From NCBI RefSeq assembly GCF_050320075.1, contig NZ_CP190018.1: a stretch of DNA of 64,000 bases, one strand, 5' to 3'. Positions within the stretch are counted from its first letter, which is position 1. Each line of letters starts with the position of its first letter. Below, in pieces: positions 24,459 through 32,791 of this stretch. The DNA is from Escherichia coli. GTDB taxonomy: Bacteria > Pseudomonadota > Gammaproteobacteria > Enterobacterales > Enterobacteriaceae. The notes beneath the pieces were generated by a model. It made no database searches, was not told the origin of the DNA, and was given only the letters and a program-made list of their open reading frames with translations. A program made the position numbers and the translations under genes.

Positions 24459-24526
24459 TTCTCTTCGCCCGACTTCATGTCGGGCGATTTATATTATCTG
24501 TTTCACTTGCCTCGGAATAAGCGTCA

Positions 24527-26104
24527 ATGACGGAAAACATTCATAAGCATCGCATCCTCATTCTGGACTTCGGTTCTCAGTATACTCAACTGGTTGCGCG
24601 CCGCGTGCGTGAGCTGGGCGTTTACTGCGAACTGTGGGCGTGGGATGTGACAGAAGCACAAATTCGTGACTTCAATCCAAGCGGCATTATTCTTTCCGGC
24701 GGCCCGGAAAGCACCACCGAAGAAAACAGCCCGCGTGCGCCGCAGTATGTCTTTGAAGCAGGCGTACCGGTATTCGGCGTTTGCTATGGCATGCAGACCA
24801 TGGCAATGCAGTTGGGCGGTCACGTTGAAGCCTCTAACGAACGTGAATTTGGCTACGCGCAGGTTGAAGTCGTAAACGACAGCGCACTGGTTCGCGGTAT
24901 TGAAGATGCTCTGACCGCAGACGGTAAACCTCTGCTCGATGTCTGGATGAGCCACGGCGATAAAGTTACCGCTATCCCGTCCGACTTCGTCACCGTAGCC
25001 AGCACCGAAAGCTGCCCGTTTGCCATTATGGCTAACGAAGAAAAACGCTTCTATGGCGTACAGTTCCACCCGGAAGTGACTCACACCCGCCAGGGTATGC
25101 GCATGCTGGAGCGTTTTGTGCGTGATATCTGCCAGTGTGAAGCCCTGTGGACGCCAGCGAAAATTATCGACGATGCTGTAACTCGCATCCGCGAGCAGGT
25201 AGGCGACGATAAAGTCATCCTCGGCCTCTCTGGTGGTGTGGATTCCTCCGTAACCGCAATGCTGCTGCACCGCGCTATCGGTAAAAACCTGACTTGCGTA
25301 TTCGTCGACAACGGCCTGCTGCGTCTCAACGAAGCAGAGCAGGTTCTGGATATGTTTGGCGATCACTTTGGTCTCAATATTGTTCACGTTCCGGCAGAAG
25401 ATCGCTTCCTGTCAGCGCTGGCTGGCGAAAACGATCCGGAAGCAAAACGTAAAATCATCGGGCGCGTTTTCGTTGAAGTATTCGATGAAGAAGCGCTGAA
25501 ACTGGAAGACGTGAAGTGGCTGGCGCAGGGTACTATCTACCCTGACGTTATCGAATCTGCGGCGTCTGCAACCGGTAAAGCACACGTCATCAAATCTCAC
25601 CACAACGTGGGCGGCCTGCCGAAAGAGATGAAGATGGGCCTGGTTGAACCGCTGAAAGAGCTGTTCAAAGACGAAGTGCGTAAGATTGGTCTGGAGCTGG
25701 GCCTGCCGTACGACATGCTGTACCGTCACCCGTTCCCGGGACCAGGCCTTGGCGTTCGTGTTCTGGGTGAAGTGAAGAAAGAGTATTGTGACCTGCTGCG
25801 CCGTGCTGACGCCATCTTCATTGAAGAACTGCGTAAAGCGGACCTGTACGACAAAGTCAGCCAGGCATTCACCGTCTTCCTGCCGGTACGTTCCGTTGGC
25901 GTAATGGGCGATGGTCGTAAGTATGACTGGGTTGTTTCTCTGCGTGCTGTCGAAACCATCGACTTTATGACCGCACACTGGGCGCATCTGCCGTACGATT
26001 TCCTCGGTCGCGTTTCCAACCGCATTATCAATGAAGTGAACGGTATTTCCCGCGTGGTGTATGACATCAGCGGCAAGCCACCAGCTACCATTGAGTGGGA
26101 ATGA
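24527..26104 (+). CDS. guaA: GMP synthase (glutamine-hydrolysing)
   Basis: 525-aa ORF with GATase catalytic cysteine (GVCYGMQ) and ATP-PPase motif SGGVDSS; C-terminus ...PATIEWE intact. Confidence 0.95.
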   Translation: MTENIHKHRILILDFGSQYTQLVARRVRELGVYCELWAWDVTEAQIRDFNPSGIILSGGPESTTEENSPRAPQYVFEAGVPVFGVCYGMQTMAMQLGGHVEASNEREFGYAQVEVVNDSALVRGIEDALTADGKPLLDVWMSHGDKVTAIPSDFVTVASTESCPFAIMANEEKRFYGVQFHPEVTHTRQGMRMLERFVRDICQCEALWTPAKIIDDAVTRIREQVGDDKVILGLSGGVDSSVTAMLLHRAIGKNLTCVFVDNGLLRLNEAEQVLDMFGDHFGLNIVHVPAEDRFLSALAGENDPEAKRKIIGRVFVEVFDEEALKLEDVKWLAQGTIYPDVIESAASATGKAHVIKSHHNVGGLPKEMKMGLVEPLKELFKDEVRKIGLELGLPYDMLYRHPFPGPGLGVRVLGEVKKEYCDLLRRADAIFIEELRKADLYDKVSQAFTVFLPVRSVGVMGDGRKYDWVVSLRAVETIDFMTAHWAHLPYDFLGRVSNRIINEVNGISRVVYDISGKPPATIEWE

Positions 26105-26149
26105 TTAACAGCTAACTCATAGCAAATCATTCCTATTCAGATGCCAACT

Positions 26150-26183
26150 CAACCCTCTGTTTTTGCAGAGGGTTTTTGTTTTT
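26150..26183 (+). terminator. intrinsic terminator after guaA
   Basis: Hairpin aaccctctgtttttgcagagggtt followed by tttgttttt. Confidence 0.7.
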
Positions 26184-26296
26184 ATGTATTCATTTCTATT
26201 CACTCTACACCATATTTTTCGGCGGTACAGGTGACGGTATTACCTTAAAGGTATACTCTCATACCGTCATGAAAATGGTTTCTATACGGGTGAATT

Positions 26297-27547
26297 GTGC
26301 TTACCGATACAAAATTAAAAAACCTCAAGCCGCAGGACAAACTGTACAAGGTCTCCGATCGTGACGGGCTGTATGTAGCTGTGCTTACGTCAGGCACGGT
26401 CTCATTTCGTTATGACTACCGTATCAACGGTCGCCGCGAAACACTGGTAATCGGGCAGTATGGGCGTGACGGTATCAGCCTGGCAGAAGCGCGGGAAGAA
26501 CTGATTGCTGCAAAGAAGCTGCTTAAAGCAGGCCAGTCACCGGCTGCGGCTAAACGTGACGGTATCAAAAAGATTCGTGGTGCCGAAACGTTTGCGGTAC
26601 ATACCGACAGTTATATGAAACACGTCATCCTGGCTGAAAGTACCCGCGCAATGAAGCAGGCAGTGATCGACCGTGACATACTTCCGGTTCTTGGCAACAA
26701 AATGATGGCTGAAATTACCACATCGATGGTTCGTGATTTGTGTGACCGGATTGTCGAACGCGGTGGCCGGGCAACAGCAGTGCAGGCCAGGGAGATCATC
26801 AGCAGCGTATACCATCACGCCAATGACCGTGGTCATGGTTTGTTTAATCCTGCGGCTGACATTAAGCCTTCGTCTATCGCCATATTTAAACCACGAGAGC
26901 GAACACTGACACCAGAAGAAATTGGCCTGTTCTTCCGCACGTTGGATGCCATTGGTGCTATGGGCACTATGAAAATGGCTTTAAAACTGGTGCTTATCAC
27001 TATGGTTCGTAAGGGCGAATTCACCAATGCAACGTGGGATGAAATAGATTTTAAAAAATGGACATGGACAATTCCTTCAGACCGCATGAAGGGAAGCCGG
27101 GCGCATGTTATTTACCTGCCTAAACAGGCTCAGGATATATTGGTCGGGTTGCAGATGTGCGCTGGTGGAAGTGAATATCTGGTTCCTGGTCGTTACAATT
27201 TCCGGAAGCCATTATCTAATGCCGCGCTGAACTCTCTGATCGACAGAACGGTGAAAATAATAAATGAAGATGGTGAGCATATTCAGGATTTCACCGTACA
27301 CGATATGCGCCGTACAGCCAGTACGTTGTTGCATGAGGCTGGTTATCCTTCAGACTGGATTGAAAAGGCTCTGGCACATGAGCAGAAAGGTGTGCGCGCC
27401 GTATATAACAAAGCGGAATACGCCAGACAGCGCGCCTACATGTTGCAGCAGTGGGCCGATATGATAGATTCCTGGATTAACGGGGAGCATACGGATCTGA
27501 TTCCGTTCTCCCCGTCGAAGTTTGAGAAGTGGATGGCGAGGGAATAA
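26297..27547 (+). CDS. int: tyrosine integrase (P4-type, arm-binding N-terminal domain)
   Basis: 416-aa ORF; N-terminus TDTKLKNLKPQDKLYKVSDRDGLYVAV; catalytic HxxR (HDMRRT) and C-terminal Tyr region; lies at the prophage-host junction. Confidence 0.9.
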   Translation: MLTDTKLKNLKPQDKLYKVSDRDGLYVAVLTSGTVSFRYDYRINGRRETLVIGQYGRDGISLAEAREELIAAKKLLKAGQSPAAAKRDGIKKIRGAETFAVHTDSYMKHVILAESTRAMKQAVIDRDILPVLGNKMMAEITTSMVRDLCDRIVERGGRATAVQAREIISSVYHHANDRGHGLFNPAADIKPSSIAIFKPRERTLTPEEIGLFFRTLDAIGAMGTMKMALKLVLITMVRKGEFTNATWDEIDFKKWTWTIPSDRMKGSRAHVIYLPKQAQDILVGLQMCAGGSEYLVPGRYNFRKPLSNAALNSLIDRTVKIINEDGEHIQDFTVHDMRRTASTLLHEAGYPSDWIEKALAHEQKGVRAVYNKAEYARQRAYMLQQWADMIDSWINGEHTDLIPFSPSKFEKWMARE

Positions 27548-27550
27548 CGT

Positions 27551-27745
27551 TTAATTATTCTGCTGATTTTCTTCCATCTCGGCTTCTGCTGCCAGTGATT
27601 CAATTTTATCTGTGAATATTGCTGACAGTGTTGCAAATTCAGCATCAGTGACAGCGGGAATTGGAACAAACCTGATCCCGCTGTGTGCAAGCATGTTTGC
27701 AGTTTCAAGGCATTTCCTTAAATCTGCTGGTGATGCCCTGTTCAT
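27551..27745 (-). CDS. hypothetical small phage protein (64 aa)
   Basis: ATG overlaps the stop of the upstream methyltransferase gene (ATGA), consistent with translational coupling. Confidence 0.45.
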   Translation of the reverse strand: MNRASPADLRKCLETANMLAHSGIRFVPIPAVTDAEFATLSAIFTDKIESLAAEAEMEENQQNN

Positions 27746-28404
27746 GCTGCACGCTCCCGCCCCTGGTTGTCTGTTGGTGACAGCGGAGCATTGCTGAATG
27801 CATTTGTTAATCTGGCAATATCCAACGCGTATCCAGGGTGTAGTTGCACTGCCGGGTCTTCGCACTGATTACCCCAAACATCGAAACCATGAGACGACTG
27901 GCGGGCGAACAGTTCAATGCGAGAAACATCGCCTAACAATTGCACAAGTTTTTCACGAACGATATCTGGTTTTCTTGAATGCTCAAGCCGCGGTGCGGTA
28001 AATGACTGAACGATCCCTGCATTAATGCGCGTAGGTAGTTTTCCCTTTACTGCAAACAGGCAATCTTCACTATTGGCGCGAGTCATGTGACCCATACCCA
28101 TAACCAGTTTATCTGGTTGTCGACTACCACATTTTATCCACGTGAATCCCTTCATGGTCATCAGACGGAATCCCCAGGCCTCAACAACTTTTAGTGCTTC
28201 GAGTGGTTGTGTTGGCACCCACCACATGGCCAACAGACAGTTTTCATCGGCCAAATCCCACACAGGAAGGCGGCAGATATCCAGCACACTCATAACCGGA
28301 TATTTAAAACCGGCACCGCGATTACCATCTGCGGCTTTGTCCCGGTATACCCAGGGTGGATCTGCATAGATTAGTGTGTATTTCTTAGTCATAAACCACC
28401 CCAC
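27742..28404 (-). CDS. MT-A70-like DNA N6-adenine methyltransferase
   Basis: Protein begins ...MTKKYTLIYADPPWVY; DPPW is the catalytic motif of MT-A70/N6-adenine methyltransferases; start may be the second Met (28392). Confidence 0.8.
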   Translation of the reverse strand: MGWFMTKKYTLIYADPPWVYRDKAADGNRGAGFKYPVMSVLDICRLPVWDLADENCLLAMWWVPTQPLEALKVVEAWGFRLMTMKGFTWIKCGSRQPDKLVMGMGHMTRANSEDCLFAVKGKLPTRINAGIVQSFTAPRLEHSRKPDIVREKLVQLLGDVSRIELFARQSSHGFDVWGNQCEDPAVQLHPGYALDIARLTNAFSNAPLSPTDNQGRERAA

Positions 28405-28684
28405 AACATCCTATGCCGCTATAGTCGCCACGGCGAAGGCCGTTACCTTTTGTGATACATTGGTCCCTGCGAACCGCGATCCTTGCACGCTCAACATCAC
28501 CAGAAGCAACATCCATACACTGAAGCCAAAGGTGAGCGGCAATGCGGAACTGCCCTTTTTTCTCTCTTTCAATCGCGCGTTTTTCGATCTCTATCGCCGC
28601 AGGAGTAACGGCGACAATCTTTGACGGACTGCGCATTGAAACCTTGTTCATGTGATATTTTTCAAGTCGGCTTAACTTTCTCAC
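28385..28684 (-). CDS. hypothetical small protein, possibly a small regulator; start uncertain
   Basis: Minus-strand ORF in the early leftward operon, ending just inside the methyltransferase start. Confidence 0.4.
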   Translation of the reverse strand: MRKLSRLEKYHMNKVSMRSPSKIVAVTPAAIEIEKRAIEREKKGQFRIAAHLWLQCMDVASGDVERARIAVRRDQCITKGNGLRRGDYSGIGCCGVVYD

Positions 28685-28793
28685 TTAATCCAACCCTCTC
28701 TGAAAATTAATGCCAGCAGATAAAGCCATGCTGAAACAGAGGCCAGGAATAAGTACCATCCTGACCATTTGCTCCAGTGCCTTAGCAGCACAC

Positions 28794-29042
28794 TCATGCC
28801 GCGTTGCTCACGGGACGATATACACGTTGCTGAACAGGAGGTTTTTTACCCTGGAACTCTGCCGGGCTTGCTGCCTGACGTTCATCAAGCCAACGCTCAA
28901 CTTCATCACGGTTCCATGCGCAGCGTTTATCGGTGATATACCAGCGTTTAGGAAATTCCCCTGCGCGCTCCATACGGTCGATAGTGCTCCATGACAGTGG
29001 AACCACCGCCAGGAGTTCCTTCTTACCTAATGCACCTTTCAT
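28794..29042 (-). CDS. AlpA-like HTH regulator / excisionase family protein
   Basis: 82-aa protein with the pattern ELLAVVPLSWSTIDRMERAGEFPKRWYI...WNRDEVERWL typical of the AlpA prophage regulator fold. Confidence 0.6.
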   Translation of the reverse strand: MKGALGKKELLAVVPLSWSTIDRMERAGEFPKRWYITDKRCAWNRDEVERWLDERQAASPAEFQGKKPPVQQRVYRPVSNAA

Positions 29043-29091
29043 AAATACCTCTCTTGGTTGCAGTGCGGCGCGCGTGGCGCCGCGGTGGTGG

Positions 29092-30033
29092 TTACATAGA
29101 TGTTTCGTTTAATTCTTCCCGACGAACGCTGTAAACGTCGGTGGCTTTTGCCAGCAGTTCGTCATCATCTGAAAGTTTTTGTGCAATGTATTTGTAAGCC
29201 TTATCCAGTTCGGAGACAGTGCTGTAATTCATCGCTGCGCTGGTAAAGGCCATCAGCATTTCTTCTGGATCACGGCTGTCCGATTTACGCGTTTGCTCAT
29301 CAGGCTTTTTCGCTGGTTTAGCGTTGATCAGACTGTTCATTCCCGCAGCAGTGGTCGTTTGCGGAGTAATGTCTCGCTCAACGCGCGGTGCCGTTTCCTG
29401 TAATTCGTCTGGGGTGTAGACGCCCATGATTACGTCAGGACAGTGCAGGCGAGACCAGCGTTTTGTCGCAAGGTATGCGAGTTGTTGTTTCGGATCACTG
29501 GCCCAAAGTGTGGAGTTTCTTACCTGTGCTTGAGACAGCATTAACTCAAGCACTCGAGGTTGATCCTCGCCCTTCATGGTTGCCCATACGCGAACACCGC
29601 AGCCTTCTTCGTCTTTTAGAGTCCAGCCTGGTGCGATATATGGATTGCCGTTTTTGGATGTTTTCTCAACAAACTTACCGATCACGCGTTCCCACGGCCC
29701 GAACCACTCGTAGTTGATGCGATCTTTTGTTGGCGACATCGTTGAGATAACTGCGTTTACTAATTGGGCTTCATAACCTAGCGTGCCGTTCACAACATGG
29801 GTTTTCTGAGCCACGGCAAACGGGTTCATTCCCCACTGCGCAGCCTGCATTGCCACGGCCATGCAATCAGCTGGTTTCCCGGCGAGGTGCGCCGGTACCG
29901 TTACGCGGCTTTGCGCCATTACCTCGGCGAATTTCATCAGTTGGTTCAAGCCGTCTGGGCTGAAAATAGTTGCAGCAGTTCCAGCGATTGCTGTGTCTAC
30001 TGGTGCGTTGATGTTTGCGATGTCGTTGCTCAT
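29092..30033 (-). CDS. RecT-family single-strand annealing recombinase
   Basis: ORF 29092-30060; start placed at the Met directly following the stop of the upstream exonuclease gene; RecT-like sequence (...GTLGYEAQLVNAVISTMSP...). Confidence 0.75.
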   Translation of the reverse strand: MSNDIANINAPVDTAIAGTAATIFSPDGLNQLMKFAEVMAQSRVTVPAHLAGKPADCMAVAMQAAQWGMNPFAVAQKTHVVNGTLGYEAQLVNAVISTMSPTKDRINYEWFGPWERVIGKFVEKTSKNGNPYIAPGWTLKDEEGCGVRVWATMKGEDQPRVLELMLSQAQVRNSTLWASDPKQQLAYLATKRWSRLHCPDVIMGVYTPDELQETAPRVERDITPQTTTAAGMNSLINAKPAKKPDEQTRKSDSRDPEEMLMAFTSAAMNYSTVSELDKAYKYIAQKLSDDDELLAKATDVYSVRREELNETSM

Positions 30034-30851
30034 ATGTACATATCCTGTTTGCGTGCCCACTCAGGGCGTTTAATGATTTCCACACCGCCCCATTCATCAT
30101 TGATGCGGCATTCGTGATAGGTATTCAGATCCCGGCGGAACAGAGCGTGCCCGGCATCGACATCCTGCGCATCCAGCTCGAACACGCGTACCGGATACCG
30201 ACCACAATCAATGCTTTCGCTCACGGCAAGAAAGAAAAAACCATGCGGCTGACCAGTAACCCTCATTGCGCCTTCGCGGTACATTGCGTCCTGCACGTGG
30301 TAGCGGAATTCCTCGATGTGGCGTGCAAAACGGTCCATATCTGCAACCTTTTTCACGTCGACGATCACGTTGTGCTCGTTCAGCCATTTGTCTGGACGAA
30401 TTCGGCACAACTCCCCCGTCTCTTCATCGTTCCAGTACATTGATGCTTCGCAGTAACCAGGTGCTTCCAGCATCCAGCGTGCCGCCGGGTGAGCCATTGC
30501 GCTATCACGCATCAGCTCCAGTTTCCGCCACTGCTCGGCATCAAGTACCGTAATCCCCATATCCGCCACATCACGAAGAAATTCCTCTTCGTCAGCTTTA
30601 CCTTGTTTCGTCCGACGATCGAATTTCGGTGAAACAATGAAGCGTTTGTCGAACTCTCCAGGCTCCAGAAGCAGACAGTGCAATGCGGTTCCCATATCCA
30701 GTGCAGACTTTTTCTCTTCGTCTTCTGGTGCTGCCTGAACCCATTTAAGAAGCGCCGGATTCTTGGCAACCATGTCCAGTTGCGACTTACTCACGCCGTC
30801 ACCGGCGTGGTAGTCTTCGTTGCTGATGTCGAAATAAATTCCCGGTTTCAT
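30030..30851 (-). CDS. PD-(D/E)XK exonuclease (RecE/YqaJ-like recombination exonuclease)
   Basis: 273-aa protein MKPGIYFDISNEDYHAGDGVSKSQLD...; pairs with the downstream RecT as a RecET-like module. Confidence 0.7.
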   Translation of the reverse strand: MKPGIYFDISNEDYHAGDGVSKSQLDMVAKNPALLKWVQAAPEDEEKKSALDMGTALHCLLLEPGEFDKRFIVSPKFDRRTKQGKADEEEFLRDVADMGITVLDAEQWRKLELMRDSAMAHPAARWMLEAPGYCEASMYWNDEETGELCRIRPDKWLNEHNVIVDVKKVADMDRFARHIEEFRYHVQDAMYREGAMRVTGQPHGFFFLAVSESIDCGRYPVRVFELDAQDVDAGHALFRRDLNTYHECRINDEWGGVEIIKRPEWARKQDMYI

Positions 30852-31147
30852 GCCGCGTCCCTCTGTCCATCAAGCTGATCCGCCAGATCCCAGCGGGCGA
30901 TAATTGCCATTGCCTCTCGCCGATAGGCATCCATCAGTTCTTCGAACTCAGGGCTGTCTTTAGCAGCCTCCAGTACTTCCTGGCGAACGCCTTTAACTGT
31001 TACAACGTCGAAAGTTGATGCCAGTTGATGAAGCCGGATACTCTCAATCAGTTCAACTTGTCGGTCATATAGCTGTTCTGACAGACGGTAGTCCTTGTCG
31101 AATGCCAGCATGATTTTTTGAAGATTTTTCTGCTGATTAACGTTCAT
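30848..31147 (-). CDS. hypothetical phage early protein
   Basis: ORF 30848-31162; the ATG at 31147 sits 2 nt after the stop of the upstream small ORF. Confidence 0.45.
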   Translation of the reverse strand: MNVNQQKNLQKIMLAFDKDYRLSEQLYDRQVELIESIRLHQLASTFDVVTVKGVRQEVLEAAKDSPEFEELMDAYRREAMAIIARWDLADQLDGQRDAA

Positions 31148-31149
31148 TA

Positions 31150-31302
31150 TCAGCCCTCCCATATCTCGTTATCGTTGGCCACATCGCGAGCTTCTTTGCT
31201 GACGAAAGCCCACTTAATGCCTTCCTGTAAGGTGCGGAACTTCCAGCTCATGAATCCGCATGCAGTAACGCAGTACCAACCGTTGATGATTTTCCACTGC
31301 AT
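31150..31302 (-). CDS. small Cys/Trp-rich ORF (50 aa), first gene of the leftward early operon
   Basis: Manually translated: MQWKIINGWYCVTACGFMSWKFRTLQEGIKWAFVSKEARDVANDNEIWEG; GAGG ribosome-binding site upstream; below the ORF-track length cutoff. Confidence 0.35.
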   Translation of the reverse strand: MQWKIINGWYCVTACGFMSWKFRTLQEGIKWAFVSKEARDVANDNEIWEG

Positions 31303-31409
31303 AACTTGTTACCTCGGTCTGTTACCGTTGAGGTAATAATTATGCGTATATGGTTTGATGTCAATAGATATGAGTTAAAAAAATTACCCGTTAGGTAATC
31401 GAATAGGCA

Positions 31410-31435
31410 ATAAAAAAGCCGCCATAAGGCGGCTT
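31410..31435 (-). terminator. intrinsic terminator after the repressor gene
   Basis: Hairpin gccgccataaggcggc followed on the minus strand by a U-run. Confidence 0.6.
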
Positions 31436-31455
31436 ACTTACTGAAAAATATGGTT

Positions 31456-32040
31456 TTATTGTTTGTTTTTTTCGTTCTGGTTGATGACAAATTCAATGTA
31501 ACTTTCGATCTTTGCTTTCTCGGTTTCGGGTAACAATGCGTAGCGCGAGCGATCATAGTTGATGGTCGCAGGGTCGTGCGGGTGAATCAGTAATTCATAG
31601 CCGTGACGCCCGAATGCGGATGCAACATTCTCCAGGGTGGAAATGGAAACGCTGACCTCATTGTTTAACAGGCGGCTGATTGTCACCTGGGCTACGCCGG
31701 ATGCGCGGTGAAGTTTTCCCTGTGTTGAAAGGTCGCGGCTTTCGCTCATCCAGCGTTCCAGGTTGTGAGCCGCCAGCTGGCCAATGTCGCTTGGGCCGAC
31801 AGGCTGAAAACCTTCCTGAGAAAGCGAGCGATCGATATCAAGCCAGTTACGGGGTTTATTGGCGGCAGCTTCAATTTTTCGCGCAACCTGATCGCCGATA
31901 ACCTTCTTACCAAGAGCCCAGCGGTTTACCAGATTTGCCTGAGTTCCAAGTTTTTCAGCCATCCGCGTCTGAACACCATTGAATTCACGGTCGATCAAGT
32001 CGTTGAGATTTTGCCTGCGGACGTCCTGGATACTTTTCAT
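31456..32040 (-). CDS. prophage repressor candidate (CI-like), tandem HTH domains, no recognisable S24 peptidase domain
   Basis: 194-aa protein; HTH-like segments QTRMAEKLGTQANLVNRWALGKK and LHRASGVAQVTISRLLNNEVSVSISTLENVASAFG; divergent from a Cro-like gene across an operator-rich gap. Confidence 0.65.
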   Translation of the reverse strand: MKSIQDVRRQNLNDLIDREFNGVQTRMAEKLGTQANLVNRWALGKKVIGDQVARKIEAAANKPRNWLDIDRSLSQEGFQPVGPSDIGQLAAHNLERWMSESRDLSTQGKLHRASGVAQVTISRLLNNEVSVSISTLENVASAFGRHGYELLIHPHDPATINYDRSRYALLPETEKAKIESYIEFVINQNEKNKQ

Positions 32041-32194
32041 TTTCTGGAAAATCGCCTCATATATGAATCAGTAGATGATTCAATTTAAAGCAATATTACC
32101 CAACAGGTAAATGCACCTCATGGGTAACTATCCTTGATTTTTGTTACCTTATGGGTGAATATTTATTATCTGAAATAAATATCAGGCAATAGCT
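32041..32194. promoter_or_regulatory. divergent repressor/cro control region with three palindromic operator-like sites
   Basis: TTACC-caaca-GGTAA (32096-32110), gCACC-tcatg-GGTAA (32113-32127), TTACC-ttatg-GGTGA (32144-32158) between the divergent genes. Confidence 0.55.
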
Positions 32195-32425
32195 ATGAGC
32201 GATAACGGACATTTCGATTTCAAAAAGCACTGGCTTGCACTTACTCCGGATGAGCGTGAAGCCTTCGCACAGGAAGCCGGAACGACGAGTCACTATATCC
32301 AGACTCACTTAACAGGTAAGCGCAAAATGCCAGGTAAAGTATTGATGAATGGGCTTTTTAAAGCCTGTAAAACAAGACAATGGCTGCGCTCAAAAGCAGA
32401 ACTGGCATACTTCTTCTACTCATGA
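32195..32425 (+). CDS. Cro/CII-like small HTH regulator
   Basis: 76-aa ORF directly across the operator region from the repressor; HTH-like segment AQEAGTTSHYIQTHLTGKRK. Confidence 0.5.
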   Translation: MSDNGHFDFKKHWLALTPDEREAFAQEAGTTSHYIQTHLTGKRKMPGKVLMNGLFKACKTRQWLRSKAELAYFFYS

Positions 32426-32575
32426 TATCCAGCTACAACCCTCTGTAGACCGCCACCCGGCGGTCTTTTCATATCTATTCGTACCTCAAAGGTAATAAAA
32501 AACCAAATATGGTTGATATTTTTTTTGTGTCAGCACAAAATGACCGTAATCCCAATACTAATAACAGGGCTTACC

Positions 32576-32776
32576 ATGGAAATCATTACACGTATTGATG
32601 CCGCAAAGCGCGGACTTAAACGCTACTACACCGGAAAAACATGTAAGCACGGACATGACAGTGAACGCTGGGTTTACAACGGACACTGTGTTGAGTGCAC
32701 CATGGAATCAAACCGTCGTATCAGGGCAGAGATTAAGCAGATCATGATTAATTCCTCCCCACAACATTCAAGCTGA
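32576..32776 (+). CDS. hypothetical zinc-ribbon protein
   Basis: ORF 32513-32776 starts with a TTG; ATG 32576 gives MEIITRIDAAKRG... with a CKHGH...CVEC metal-binding pattern. Confidence 0.4.
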   Translation: MEIITRIDAAKRGLKRYYTGKTCKHGHDSERWVYNGHCVECTMESNRRIRAEIKQIMINSSPQHSS

Positions 32777-32791
32777 TAGCGGAGATTAATC

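Noticed and set aside
24466-24496. Hairpin between guaB and guaA considered as a terminator
   Set aside because: guaBA is a known operon and the hairpin lacks a convincing U-run; more likely an intercistronic structure than a terminator.
22995-25987. Several long minus-strand ORFs (251, 287 and 191 aa) overlapping guaB and guaA
   Set aside because: Antisense to highly conserved genes with unmistakable motifs on the plus strand; no independent start signals.
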